Assembly (NCBI GenBank): GCA_017499595.2
Contig: CM038998.1
Coordinates: forward strand, 3,844,001 to 3,908,000
Length of the DNA stretch: 64,000 bases
Direction of reading: 5' to 3'
From: Psilocybe cubensis
Taxonomy: Eukaryota
Both the position numbers and the translations under genes were made by a program. This document shows positions 14,690 through 28,351 of this stretch, in pieces (within the stretch, counting starts at the first letter, position 1; each line of letters begins with the position of its first letter). The notes under the pieces were generated by a model, which had not been told where the DNA came from, made no database searches, and worked only from the letters and a program-made list of their open reading frames with translations.

Positions 14690-16306
14690 ATGTCTCAAGG
14701 CAACATAACCCATACAACCGACCTCGAAGCGCGGATGGTCGATTCGTCTGTCTTTTTGACGCGGGCCCTCCGCAATCCTTACAAACCCAGCCACTGTGCA
14801 AAATGCCTCTACGGAGCTCTTTGTGAATCGACAGTCCAGGAGCACTGTGTCAAAGGAACTACAGGAACAATCGAAATAAAACCGAAGAAAAAGTTGAAAT
14901 CCGAGTTTTGGGAGACTCTCGTCACATTTCTATTTCTGAAGCGTTCCGACAGATAAATCGAGCAGTTGATGGAGTATATGGCTGAGTGTCAATGTGGCAA
15001 TGATCTCAGCTTGGTCCGTATAAATCACGAGCAAAAGACTCTCTGGCGATATCATACGCCGCTCGGACGAACACCCACAAACCAAGACAACGCAATTGGA
15101 GACGAGGAAGTAATTGCAACGAAAGACTTTGACTCACACAGCTGTGGATTTATCATCAATCTCTTTATATGCTTAACGTCCCCAATCAGTCGCACCGTTT
15201 ACTCTCGGTCTGCTGTGAAGGGCTGTTCGAACTCTTGGCCCAGGAAGTTGACCGATATGATACCCTTTGGACCCGACGATTTTGTAGAAAGCATTATCCA
15301 GTGGCACCGCTTTATCGCACATCCAATACTCTTTCATTTAACGGCATCGGTCTTACAAGCTTGCAAATTACTCGTTATTCCAAGTCTAATCAAATTCAAC
15401 TTTTTTTCCACCGTCGTCGATGCGATGAAGGCAGTGATCAACCAAACCATTATAGATATTCCTCTGGAAATACATCTTCACGCCCAGTGCAACCTTGACC
15501 AACGGCGCGCAGTGTTACGCATTACTCGGAGAATGGACATTTCTTGCAGTAGCTGGTTGTTGCTCCTAGGGGTTTGTACGGATAACATCCCGTTTGCGTA
15601 TTCATCTGCTCTTTTCCAAGGACTTACCACTAGAGCGGTGCAAATATGTTCTATCCTCCTTTATTGCCATTCGCGCCTGAGCTTCTGCTCTAAAATTGAA
15701 GCGACGCGACTCGCTGCCATCGCACACCTTTTGCTTCGAGATTATGGAAGGGATGATCCCAGAATTCAAGATATGCCTATACATCCTCTCATCCTGCAAA
15801 CTGACAAGGCCTGCACTCCTGTAATCATTGGTGACGAATACATTACTGAGGCTTTGGGCTTCATAATTAATATTCGACGTGGTAATGAATGTGGGGCGCC
15901 AGGTTGTCAAAATACTTTCCAAACTTCAGGTCGTCGGTTTGGGCGCTGTGCACGATGCCATACTGCCGCCTATTGCAGTAGCGAGTGTCAAACAAGGGCA
16001 TGGAAGACAGGCGTTTATCCGCATAGAGATGTGTGTCCTGTACTCAAGGCGTTGGTGGACAAAGGCGGAGGACCGAAACTCTTTTTCTCCGGAGTCAAGG
16101 ACAAAATAGTTCCAGCTGAAGTTGTATCTCTTTGGAAAGCTGCTGCTATGAAAAATCAAGACTTAGTCCTTGTTGCCGAATGGGCAAAGTCATTGCTTGA
16201 CTCGAAACAGTATCCAATTCCTGATTACACCCGCCATGTTCCCGGATATGAGGATTACAACGATATACTCGATAAGTTGAGCTCGAAGGGACCAACACGT
16301 ACGTAG
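14690..16306 (+). pseudogene. MYND zinc-finger protein with an in-frame stop at 14954-14956
   Basis: MYND motif CGAPGC...CARCHTAAYCSSECQTRAW...HRDVC; upstream ORF (14690-14956) is in the same frame as 14966-16306, separated by one TAA. Confidence 0.6.
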
Positions 16307-16941
16307 TGATTTCAATTTTTTTTGTCATTAAACCACTCACGATATATATGTGGCACCGCTTATTATATTCAGCCGCCTATCTGAATCGTGTAGATGATGG
16401 AGAGGAAGTCGATCGCCATGGGTGCTGCAAGAAGTGTTGCAAACCACGCCTCCGTTCATAGAACATTTTTTCTCGAGCTGTTTTCCCAACATTCTCTTGC
16501 TTGTCCTAGTATCGTAGCATGCGGCATCGTAAACGCCATTCTCGACCTTTTCTGTTTCAGTGTTAACAGTCGCTCGAACCTCCAGTGTTCTTGTTCGCAG
16601 TAAGCATGAATTAATCCATGTTAACTAGTTTCATTAGTTGCGTGAATTAGCTTTTGATGCTCTGCAAATTTGACTGGGTAGCTTGTTCATTAGCCTCGCG
16701 ACCAGGCTGGATAAGAGAAGGTCCCTTACTTGACTTGCACTTGCAACTACAGTCAGCAGAATTGATTTACAATAACTCAAACAAATCATCAACGGATCAA
16801 GAAACAGGAACGAAAAAAATAAATTGAAAACCGAGAAAACAAACATGATCAAGTAATGTACAGCGAATTAAAACAACCACCCTTTCCATCCATGAATGCA
16901 CTACAAAATCACTACACAGCAGTCGATTCTAAACAATTTAA

Positions 16942-19900
16942 TTAGCGTGAGATGCCCATCTTCAACAGCGCACCAACTACGTCGACCTCATCCCAGCGCG
17001 AGTCCACGGTACCCGTGCCTTCGGATGCAGCATATTTCCTCCGTTGGATGTACAAAAGGGTATTCCGGAAATGTTTCGTGATCATTTCAGGCGTTTGAGT
17101 GCCTTCAATGAGTCCAGGAGGTGCGCGTTGTGATGGGTGCACATCAGGAGAGGATATGTTATCGATACTTGAAGTAATAAGTTCGACGAGGCTGTTGACA
17201 AATTTAGGGGCAACCTGTACAAAACCATTCAACAAGATGATAATATAACAGTAGACTATATCTTACAGCTGGGGCACCTCGATCAAGGTAGTACAAGTAC
17301 TGATCAAGGGCGTCACAATAAAGTTGCACTGTAACGATCTCCTCAATGGCGGAATTGGCGATCCGCAGAGATTTCTGCAAACATTCAAGAACGCGTTTAC
17401 TGTCTTGATGTGGATACTGTAGAAAGATTGGATTAGTGTTCGCATAGGCAATTAAAAAAGACGTACTGCTTTAGCAACAGTTTCTCCATCTTCCTTCGTG
17501 GCAGCCGGCTTCTCAGTGGTGACTGGTTTCTCAGCAGCCTCGGTCTCTCCATCAGCAGGTGGTGGAACTTCTTGCCACCATAAATGACTAGCCAAACCAA
17601 CGGCTGTAGCTTGATGGCTCTTCTTCAATAACTTCGCCCCGTGCAAGGCCGCCTTGGTGATGAGGGTATCGAAGTTATCAATGTTGAAAACCTTAGCGCC
17701 TGCCAATGTGCCAATTATTAGTGTAATAGCCTGCAGTTGTGCCCGCGACTCCGAGATGCTGTCTTCGTAAACAGTGAAAGCCTGGACGTAAAAATCGTAA
17801 GAAAGATCTTCAAAACCACATTCATCTGCAATTTGTGCAGCGAGAAGGAACAGTCGTAGGGCAATATTGGGAGCATCCACGGTGGTGGCGAGGATCGAGG
17901 TCAGTTGGCGAATAAATTTGAGAATGGCTGAGACCTTGGTTTCCCAGTCGGCCTCCTGAAAATTTGTGGTCAGAAAAAATCAAAGCATCATGAGAATCAC
18001 GAAATCGTACGTCATGTTCCCGGTTCTTATACCGTCTGCAAAGCTTGATGGATGAAGTGATTAACGCAGGGAAAGTGAATCGCATACGCTCTCCACCCAT
18101 GTCAAAGTGTTTGCGAGCAATTTGTAGCAACTGCGACGATTGTTTAATAGCCATAAAAGGGTGGAAAGTGATCTAACCCACCTCAAATTGAACATCGAGG
18201 GACTCAGAGCGGAAAAGATGAACCATTCTTGCAACCCAACCCTGTTCTTCTGCTAGCTCCTCCCGCTCCATAAAGTATGGCCCTTGTCGTCTCAAATCGC
18301 GCGAAGTAGGTATCTGGCCATTGGGTATAGATATCGGTCCTGAGTCAGTCTGATCCTTTATCAGGACATGGCATAACTCTAGTACACCATCAACATCTTC
18401 GGGTGCCTCAATAATAGTTTCATTCTTGAGCACCGATGACACAATCGAATGGGCAATAGATCGACGGGTAGTGAAGAGTTGCTTTGTCAGTAAGGGGACA
18501 TAGTTTGGGATGGCAAGCAGGGTGAGCACAGATTGGTATGAGTTGATAGGCGCGACAAGCAGCGATGCGAGATTGGCTGTCGTTTGTTGGGTGTTTAAGT
18601 CGGGGCTATAAGTTCATGAGCTAGCCTTCAATCTGGAAAGATATTGGTACATACTTATCCGCATACTCTTTGATTTTATCAGCAGCAAATCCAAGAACTT
18701 GGTCAACGTACTCCAGTCTGTCAGGGTAGCAGCTCAACGACAAATTTGTCAATGACACGAAAAGGGCAGTGATATCCTGTATCGAAAGATCCGGGCGAGC
18801 CTAAACGTATGGTACATTAGTCATAGTCATTAAATTCAAGCATTAAACAAGCAGGGTACGTACCTTGATAAGTTCAACAACTTGTTTCCAAAACACTTCG
18901 AATAACTGCACATCCTCCGGCACACCGCGGAATTTACGGACAGGGGTAGCCTCCTTGTCTTTGCCTTTGCCAGCGTCGTCTCCACTTGTGGGTGTCTCTG
19001 GCACAGGAGACTTGGGTGCCTCAAAGGTTGAGGATGCTGTGGCTGGTGTAGGAGTTGCACCCCATGCGTTGGTTTCAGAGGTAGGGGAAGTCGGTGAGGC
19101 TGCCCGATAAGCGCTATTTTCACGAGCTCTGGCCTTTTGTAGTTTGACCTTTTCAGCAAGACGGCGTGCCGCTGCCTCTTCCTGTCGTTTTGTCTCTTCA
19201 GGATCTTCGTTCTCAGCTTCTCGTGCAGCGTAGGATGCCAAGCGGTCAATGAGGGCGATGACTATTTGCTTAATGTTGACTTTAGGATGTAGCTGAGCAG
19301 TCGCAGAGAGGAAGGGTCCAAGTGTGTGAAGATGGAACTCATCAGTGAAAACCTAGCAATAAACCTTTGGTTAGAACATGAAAAGAATGCATTCTGCAAA
19401 TTTTGGAGAGGTTCTGACCTGGATTACAACCTCCATGAGGTATTCCTGCGCAATGACATCCTTGCAATTAACAACCTGCTCCAGGATGCTGGGTAAAATG
19501 GTTTTCTGATACATGTCGAGATCCACGCCATCTAACTGACTTAATCTGACGAGATTGGTCCCTACGAGAATGCGAAGTTCGCGACGTTCCATTTCGCGCT
19601 TTTCGCGGTCCCTTGAGTGACCCTGATGCTGAAGCCGAACCCATAGTTTGTTCATTTCAATAAAGTTGGTCAAGACAAAAGAAATGGAATCCTGTAGGTT
19701 TCCAGTGGGTCTTTGTGGGCGCACTATTAGGGCAGACTGCGGTCAGGATAATAATATAGCACGCACCCTGGTTCAAGTCCAACAGGAAGATGGTCTCTCG
19801 TCTGTCCACTCAAATAATGACGAAGAAAAAGCCCACGAATTGGGTGAAGGACACCACGCGACATCTCCATCATATCCTTCATGATTTCCTTCACGGGTGC

Positions 19901-20370
19901 GTCTGGGATGGACATATAGACTGAGCCGACGGTGATCATGAGATACAGACGTGGAATGATATTCCCCGCGTATTGGACCAGTTCATAGAGGTCTGCTAAA
20001 TGGTGCCGCGACTGAGTATGCGCCTCGTACAAGTAATTCGACAAATGTCGCAAAGCATCGAATACGGCCATGTCTGCGAATATTGTGAGAAATAGGGACA
20101 ACGACCCGGAAGGAGCTCGATTTACATAGCTCATAATATTGTTTTGGAGACAGGGACGACGTTCGAAGTTCTGCCAGCATCAAGCTTGCGCTCTTCAAAG
20201 CATCCATAAGTTGGTCCAATTCCTAACATTATTGATGAGATATAAGAAATAGGATCCACAAAGTTGGTGGAGAAACTAACCAAATGCCTTTTCATTTGCT
20301 GAACTTGAATTTTGACGGTATTGAGGGCCTCGCTAAGTAGCTTGCCCTCCTCCATAACCGGAGCGGCCAT
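16942..20370 (-). CDS. VPS35: Retromer subunit Vps35
   Basis: [35 protein letters not shown] (PRLYL motif), [28 protein letters not shown]. Confidence 0.97.
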
Positions 20371-21380
20371 TGTTGCTGTATTGGTCGCCAGAGAATGTAT
20401 GGCAGTCGGGGTCGATACTTAGAGCATGTACAACTGGTAACTCGCCCGACGCCCGTCACTCACTTGCCAGTGTTTGGCTGCGCTTTGCACCATCATTTGT
20501 CAGCAGGCCAGTATCGTTGTTTCCGCACTACAGCGACGACCGTGAAATTTCAACGTTCTATCATCGACTATGAAACTCTGTGACACTCCTGCTTTATTGC
20601 GAGTCGCGAAGTGTTGACCACGTCCGGGAACGCTGCAGAGTAAGGTTGAAATCTCAACCTACCCTTGGGGCGGCCAGTGATGCTGTTGAACAATATATCT
20701 GACACCAGTGGCCAATGCTCAAGTACCCTGGGATGCAACAGAGATCATGGATAAAACAACGAAATTCAGGAGACGGAGCTTGGCCAGGTGTACGATTTTC
20801 CAAGCACATGGCATACACCTACACGAGGCGTGTCGGAGTCATCGCCGTCGCCTAAACGATTGGTCATGGTCAGACTTCAATGCAGCTCTCAAAACCACCT
20901 TTTTCAATCATATCGTCTTGCTTTTAATCTATTTTCTTTGACTGATCTGTTTTTTTTTCTTGATTATCTATTGGTAGAGTGTAGGTGACCGCAAACTACG
21001 ACCCCTGTAGCGACTCTGACATGTTGCACCGGATTTCTTGAGGTATGATATATCGGTGTGTTCGTTCGTGTCTAGGCCATTGTTGGTGACTGAATAGGGC
21101 TGAAAATAAAATTTTGGAGGAAGCATAGCTTCAGAAATCACCTCTCTGTCAAATTTATTGTCAGCCTATCTTAATCTACATTCGGATTGGTTCGCTTGAA
21201 GCATTAAACGCCTACAATTACGATGCATAATCATCTGTTATTGTTCTATTCTTACTTCCCGGTTGCCAACAGTTATGCTTCTCTTCAAGTTCCCTCCCGC
21301 TCACCGGATAGACAATTGAAGACAGTCAAGGTCGACTCGGTGCTTCTATTATGAATGCAGCAATGGCATATCTACCCGGA

Positions 21381-21388
21381 CTATAAAG
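21381..21388 (+). promoter_or_regulatory. Probable TATA box of the pheromone precursor gene
   Basis: CTATAAAG about 115 nt upstream of ATG 21498. Confidence 0.5.
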
Positions 21389-21497
21389 TTGGTTCAGGCT
21401 ACTTCCCTCTGACGTCCCCAGGTCTACTGTAACAGCTGCAACTCATCTGCACCCGGATTGACGTCCTTCAAATCCTAGTACACAGCCGAAACTTGCA

Positions 21498-21611
21498 ATG
21501 GACTCCTTCAGTGCCACGCTCACCATCGAATCCGTCCAGACCTTCGAGTCATTCCCCTCTGACGAGGAACGAAGCGGAACTGCAGGCAACGCTTACTGCG
21601 TTATCGCATAA
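21498..21611 (+). CDS. Basidiomycete lipopeptide pheromone (or pheromone-like) precursor, 37 aa
   Basis: Translates MDSFSATLTIESVQTFESFPSDEERSGTAGNAYCVIA*: MDxF start, P-x-D-E-ER processing site, C-terminal CaaX box (CVIA). Below the ORF-track size cut-off. Confidence 0.9.
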   Translation: MDSFSATLTIESVQTFESFPSDEERSGTAGNAYCVIA

Positions 21612-22845
21612 CAAAACTTTCTTGGGAAATATCCACATTCATGAGTATGTATGTTCCTTCGCATTACTTCACAAGTATCAAAAGACCTAATATAACAATT
21701 TATGTTCAGATTATTACGACTTCATGCCGCATTTTGTATTCGTCCGCGACACTCATCATCATTTCCATTATCAGCATATCCATCTTCACCACTACCGCTT
21801 CACAGACTCTATCGCTCGCATTATCATCGTCGTCATAACTGGCATTGTAACATCACAATTGAAACTCATGGGAGGGGATTATCAGGACGTATGCCAGCCT
21901 AGGCATTTCTAGGGGCAGCCAATTAATATAGCCATTTCGTTTTCACTATTATCGCTGTATTTGCTAGGAAATCATTCTGGATCATTATCATTATCACCAG
22001 TACCAACATCAATTATTCATTACTCGCACGAGGAAAATTACACGAATACACATTTAAATCCGTTTTAAAGTAGTTCGAGGTTTTTCTAAATATCGCGAAC
22101 TCCGAATCCAAGCGGTTGTTGTACTAAGACAATAGTGTTGTCAAGATGGGATCACTATGTGTGTCATGAAAACTTTTAATCGTTATGCACCATAAATAGG
22201 GCAGTGGCAATGATAACAAGAGAACCATTTGAAGCTGATGAAATGAGTTTAATGTCCTGCATCATTCAATTGTGACTAGACTTTGGGGATATACAATATG
22301 GGACATTGCGCGACTAGCTTGTGACGCATCGGCTAATAAACTGGCTCATTCGAAAGCTGTCGAAAGGTAATTTAAAGACAATTAGGAGAAGGCATGTTGC
22401 ACCGTGGGGAAAGCGACTCGGGCGCATTTGACACGGGCGTCAAACCTCGTGTCAATGTGAGAGGCTTAAATTAGAAAATAACAATAGACGACTGGAAAAG
22501 TAGCTTCTCAAATGCATTGGTCCAGAGTTTGTTATATCTCTGCCCATTTCCCATAGCAATTTAGCCTCAGCTTAGTTGATACATTAGTACTATTATAACC
22601 TGGGCAATTTCCCAAGTACATAACAACGAATAAACAGGCAAAATTTCCGAGCAATTGTTACTGGTGATGGCATACAATGCTCAGGCTTTGTCTGTTTATC
22701 GTAAGACCCCTCTGCGTTAACCTTTGTACGCATGCGCAAGCTACGAAGATCTTCCAGAATATTTGTTCCGAAAAGGCTTCGCTTTACTACATCCTTTAAA
22801 AATAAAGGATCAACTGAGGCTACATAAAGTAGATGAAGATGAATA

Positions 22846-25037
22846 TCAAGAATAATCTGGATCCCAAAATTCCGGGTAATTGTGCCAACCACCAAATGCA
22901 GCCCAAAGGCGTTCTAGCTCGCGGTCAAATAGAAATTTTTCATGCCCTTCTTCCTCGGCCGTACGGCTCTGCTGACTGTCCGTAACACTAACAACCGCAC
23001 GACCGAATCCTACGATTTTGGTTTTATTCCCTTCCCCTATTAGAATTTTATCGGGGCTTAAATTACGGTGTCGGACTCCCTTTGCGTGGATGTGGCGTAG
23101 CTTTGAAGCAGTAGACATGCTAAGATAAGACTGTTTAGCTTTTGTCTGAACGATTGAACGAAGATGCTCACTGAAGTTCAAGTATCCAAGGATGGCTGAG
23201 ATTCAATGCAGGATATAATTGGTATAAATGTCTAAGCGATATACCACCGTAATCCATGACCATCGCGAGAGTATCCGAGTCTTGGTCTTCGAATAAGCCA
23301 TGAACGGGCACACAATACTGCTCAATCTCCTCGAACTGACTCATATGTTTGTAAGTCATATATTCATTCTGCAATTCTTGTCGTTGCTCGTGCGAAAATG
23401 CCAATTTTACGACAAGCTTACGGTGCAGCACTTCTCCAGAATTGAGAGTGACCAAAAGCTTTGCATTATGGATAGATTTTTTGGCGGATACGTTCTCAAA
23501 TGGTTGGTCGAGGACAAGTTCAAGGCATTCATGGGGAAGAAACTTGGTTTTCGTTGACACAGCGTTGGTAGATGGGTTCAGTTGGACGCGGAGGAATGTT
23601 GCTGGGACGGGCGAACAGTAGACCCCGTATTTCAGCGTGATCAAAGCCACCTCCCTCTCCCGTATCTCTCGTGTGATCTATATATATGAGTAAAGTCATT
23701 CGAATTTTGATCAGATGCTTCTAACTTACCGAACTACTATCGTTGATATTTGAATTGTCGTGTAGTAGGTCATTATGGCTGGAGTGCACAGAGTTATGCG
23801 TTGGCCCTTCTTGATCGGGGGAGACATCCGGTAGTGTTCTGCTCACTTGCGGAGGTCTTTTCGACTGAATAATAAATCGGTCAATCATATCCTCTGCGAT
23901 GGCAATGTAGAGCCCAATGTGTAACTTCCCGTAGGCAGGATCATTACACTTGGTAGGGTCGATGAGGGGGGAGATGAATAGGGTCTGCGATGCTCTATGT
24001 CGAATGCCAATGCGCTCGTACACGCCGCAATTGATAACGATAAATGTGGAGTCGGTTTCAACAGCTCGCGCCCACGCCTACAATTTATTAGCACCTCGCA
24101 AGTAGATAGAGGCATGGAATCCTACGTGTTGGATGTACTGGTCAACGTCGACTCTACTGTTGACAGATTTGTCGGCTTTTCGGGGGATGGTGATATGGCG
24201 TGGCTTCTTGACTATCCCACTATTCCTGAATGGAGGTCGTGTTTTCAGATTGTTCAGTTTGGGGTCCCACAGAGACCTGCCAGCATCTTCGGGCACTGAA
24301 TTATCCGGCATATTCTTTAATCCTTTGGTTCCAGACGTCTCCCAAAGAAATATTCCACTAGATATTCGCCGTACAATCATCATCCCCGTTGGCGAAGGAG
24401 GGAGAAAATGCCAGAGAGCAACATGCGGAAATATGTTTTGAGCGTCGTGCAGTGCCCTGACTTGATATGGCATAGTGTCTCGATTTTCTGGAGCGACACT
24501 TTGCACATTCGGAGCAATTGGCTCCGAATCCCTGTTATTTACAACAAGTCTCTCCGGAAAAAGATTAAGTGTAGACTCGGAAGAAAAGTCATTTTCCGTG
24601 TACTGCCAAACCAGTTCGAATAAATTGGTCCACGGCATGGGGCCTGCATAAAAAAGATGCGACGCAAGCAAGCTACTGAAGTGTCCCGCAGTCCGTTTAT
24701 ACCGAATGTTCATATTCCGAGCGTCGTCAAGAGTTCCGATCCTGGAAAGAAGGGATTCCTTGGGCAAGACCGAGAACCCGTCTACTGGGAATGTTTTCTT
24801 GTGTGCAAGATAATACGCAATGGATTTATCGGTAACCTGTGATAAGATCTGGGCAATTTGCGGAAATTCTACTACTCGACGGCACGTAAGATTAGGAGAG
24901 AGATGACGGTCGTGGAAGGTTAAGGGTATCCGCTTAGGTTTCAGTGGCTCTGGACGTCCATCTGCTCGAGGAAGCGGGTCGGCTTTGTAGTTTAGTGCTT
25001 CTTCGAGGTAAGGCGAGAAAGGGTCGTTGGCGTCCAT
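22846..25037 (-). CDS. Hypothetical protein with C-terminal degenerate protein-kinase-like domain
   Basis: Four exons; VVKLAF, NEYMTYKHM, VPVHGLFED, MVMDYGG, HAKGVRHRNL, KIVGFGRA follow kinase subdomain order. Confidence 0.7.
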
Positions 25038-25542
25038 GGTGTTGCTTTTCAAAGAAAAGAAAAACGCTAAAGCTTTTAGAACCGAGTTGAAGGCGTGCTG
25101 CCTTTGTTGATGCTAGGACCCTCCCATTGGCCTTTCATTTGTGTCTTGAGTTGTCCCTTGTTATTTAAGATCACATTAGTGATAAATGAAATAATAGTAA
25201 CAATGGGGTCCATATAATAACAGAATGGCTGTAGAGGTTGGCGACCAGGGCGTTCCACATGATGAAGACCTAGGAGAGCAAGGTTGAAGCCGGGTACACT
25301 GTGGTGCAATCTGTTACTGATAGAATTGACCAGCATCGCGGAATAAACAGAGGTAGATTCAATTCATCACAAGATGCCAGAGTCATGCTTATGAAAAGAG
25401 ATAAGGCAGCTAAGTTCTGAAAACCGAATTGTGAGAGCAGGAGAAAGTTGGAAGGAAGTCGAGCGAAGCGACTCACTGGGTCGTGTGGACATAGGCAGCA
25501 ACTTCTTGTAGAGATAATTTACATTACGTCACAGCGTTGCAA

Positions 25543-25636
25543 GGCGCTGTAGTGTAGTGGTTATCACTCAAGATTCTGATATCCTTGAAGAAGCCTTGAT
25601 GTTCTTGTAACCCCGGTTCGAATCCGGGCAGTGCCT
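25543..25636 (+). tRNA. tRNA-Gln(CTG) with 22-nt intron (25580-25601)
   Basis: Acceptor GGCGCTG/CAGTGCC, A box TAGTGTAGTGG, anticodon stem CAAGA/TCTTG with TT-CTG-A loop, T arm CCCGG-TTCGAAT-CCGGG, downstream oligo-T. Confidence 0.95.
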
Positions 25637-25855
25637 CTTTCTTTTTATTTATCAATTTCTTCCTGAAACTTTTACCAGAACGCATTATGAGGACGACCAA
25701 CAGGATGGTGGAAATGAGTCGGGATACGTTTTTTGTATGTAACGTTCAGAGACATGACAGGAAGGAGTGATCGACACTTTCTATTTAAAGCTCTAGCCAA
25801 ACAACATGTAATGAAATACACCTTTCTGCCACGTCCAAGTTAGTTTACACCCATC

Positions 25856-27163
25856 ATGTCTACCCCCGAAGCTCGTGCAGCTCGCAAAAAGGCCATTCTG
25901 AGTCGAGGATCTGACCGACTGGCCAAACTTACCACGTCGGCGCGCGGTGAAGACGCACCTGCATACCTTCACGATGGTCAGTAAACGTCATTCCATGTGC
26001 TTGTCCGTGTAAGTGTCGAATGAGGAAGCAGTTAGCTGAGGTTTAGTATGGCAGATCCACCGCTTGCTGGGATTGGGATGTCTGTGCCTGCGACGAACAT
26101 GAACACGCGGAATTTTTTGGGGGAGGAGACGGCTGATATGCCTATGCCTACGCCTGTGTCGATGAGGACGAGGACGAGCTTGTCGCCTTCGCCGAGTCCG
26201 CAGCCTGTGCGCAAGGTGACGCCTTCGCGGAATGCCCATGCCACTACCAATGCCAATGCCAATGCCAATGCGAATGCGAATGCGAACATCTTCGAGGGGC
26301 TAGGAGAGAATGGCGCTGATCCGTCGGTGTGGGGGCCAGAGCAGCAGCAGCAGTTTTTGCAGGCGCTGATGAATGCGTCCAATGGAGGGGGGCAGGGGCC
26401 GTTTGGGTTCGGTGCTACCCCAGATGCGAGTGTGCCATCTATGGAGAATAACCCGTTCGCTGCGCTTATGGGTCCTATGGCTGGAGCGGAAGGTGGTGGT
26501 GCTGGAGGAGGGGGGTCTACGATGCCGCCGTTCGGTGGTCAGGGAATGTTCCCCGCTGCTATGGAGCCACCGAAAGAGAAAACGCGGATGCAGAAGGCGA
26601 TGCCGTTGCTGCATCTTGTAGCTGTGTGGTGTCTTCTCGCGTACTTTGTGTTGTGGGCGGAGCCGCGGACGTATAGGGATGCGGTGGGTGAGGATGTCGG
26701 GCTGTCTGCTATGGGTATTTGGCAGCGGTGGTCGAATCTAGGCCAGAAAAATGCTACGCTGGGAGACGCGATGCGCGCGTTCAAGGTTCAGATTGTGGTA
26801 TGTATTTTTTTGTTTTGGTCAGTCGAATTTTATTTTACATGCTGAGGATTATTTAGCCTTTCTTTTGGGCATTTACGACACTTCAAGTGGTGTTGCATTC
26901 GCTGCGCATCTTTTCTGGATTTGTGAGATTTACATTTTCGTCATTTTAGATCGTTGCTAATTATTAAACAGGATACTGTCCAACCACCGACTTTGCTGGC
27001 GCTGGCGTTGCCTCACTTGCCCGCGCCACTACCATCTCTCATTATCAATTCATTGAAATACATCCAGATGGGGTCGTTATTCCTCGACGACCTGTCAGGA
27101 CTTGTTGTAGGCGTTGGGTTCATAATATACTTCTCGGGATGGTTTGTACAGAGTCAGTCGTGA
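25856..27163 (+). CDS. GET2: GET complex subunit Get2/CAML-like
   Basis: N-terminus EARAARKKAILSRGSDRLAKLTTSARG, low-complexity middle, three C-terminal hydrophobic segments with FFWAFTTLQV and LFLDDL. Confidence 0.75.
26249..26287 (+). repeat. Coding hexanucleotide repeat (AATGCC/AATGCG)n encoding (Asn-Ala)n
   Basis: aatgccaatgccaatgccaatgcgaatgcgaatgcgaac read directly. Confidence 0.9.
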
Positions 27164-27266
27164 CAGACGCACTGTATGTAGCTTCACCGCGTCCGGATCC
27201 GGATGCATTAAAATGTATATATTCACGCCAATGATAATAATATCGATGTTGTAGAACTCGGAAACA

Positions 27267-28022
27267 TCAAGTTGAGAGGGGAGTGGCGAATGGTTTCGGC
27301 GGAGGAGCTTTAGATTTCGCCCGCTTTGCAGGCTTCTTCTTCTTCCCTGCAGCAGCCTGCTTCCGCACATGCTCGGCTTTCTTCTCCGGGTGTTTCTCGA
27401 GGTACTCGTCTAGCGTAGGGAGTTTCGACGAACTTGGCTTGCTCTCCGACTTTGTGTCCACCTCTTCATTTTCTTCTTCCGGGAGCACAGGCCGCCCCGT
27501 CTTTTCGCAGTGGACAACGTGGCTCTTCCATGGGTCCCCGCCGGCGGTGTTCATAAGTTCTTTAAGGATAGTCGTCGACCGTTTGTCGTTGATGTCGAAC
27601 TTGTGCACGTTGCCGTCATCTGTGCGTTTTTGGTCAAAGTTCCAGTTCGCCGCCGCGCAAATTAAAGATGAAGAAGGGGAAGTGTGCGCACTGAATTCTA
27701 GTTCCATCTCTGCTCTCCACTGCTCGCTTTTCGACTTTCGTTCCCGTCGGACTTCAATATCCAAAGCTGGGTTCGCCCATCGTATTTGAGGTAGGTTCTC
27801 CTTTACAAAATGCCTAGAACAGGTTGAATATGAGCATAAATACTGCAGAGAGTGTTTGAAAAGGCGCATTTACCGTGCACCGAAGTGGTCATTTTGAGAC
27901 GCGAGGGAAAGGCGGAGGCGTTTGACGCCGGACAGAGTCAACCGTGGCGTCGCGTTGAGATGTGCTAGGAGGTTGGTTAACTTGACGATGCCCCCCGGGA
28001 AGGTTTCTGATCTTGGAGGCAT
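27267..28022 (-). CDS. Mitochondrial ribosomal protein, L51/S25/CI-B8 domain (Mrp49/mL61-like)
   Basis: Spliced reading LRLSLASQNDHFGAR|HFVKENLPQIRWANPALDIEV is typical of this thioredoxin-like domain. Confidence 0.75.
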
Positions 28023-28351
28023 TTGAAAAGGAAAGGAAAGGTATAGGTATATGAGCTACTAGTAGGGCGCGTCAGTTGCAAGTGACGGAAAGACCGCCTA
28101 ATTTTCTGATGTTTGTGCTTATTAGTTTTGGGCGGTCGTCTGAGGCTTGAGCTTGAGCGATCCCTTCTTCATTTTGTACATGTACACTCTGTGCTTAGGG
28201 TAGCCCGCCCATATCGCAACCTCTTGCCTGTCGATTACAAATACGCCAGCTAGGTATAAAAGATGGGACAGTTATTAACTACCATGCACCCAGCACTCTT
28301 GTCAACAACTTGTTCTCGTCTCTTCAAGATTCGGCCGCCTTTTCAGTCACC

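Noticed and set aside
21724-21912. His-rich 62-aa ORF
   Set aside because: Arises from CAT/TCA-rich low-complexity sequence downstream of the pheromone gene, most likely 3' UTR; no recognisable motif.
26032-27789. Long antisense ORFs over GET2 and the mitochondrial ribosomal gene (also over the P450s and NCS1)
   Set aside because: Shadow frames of real genes on the opposite strand, with no independent motifs.
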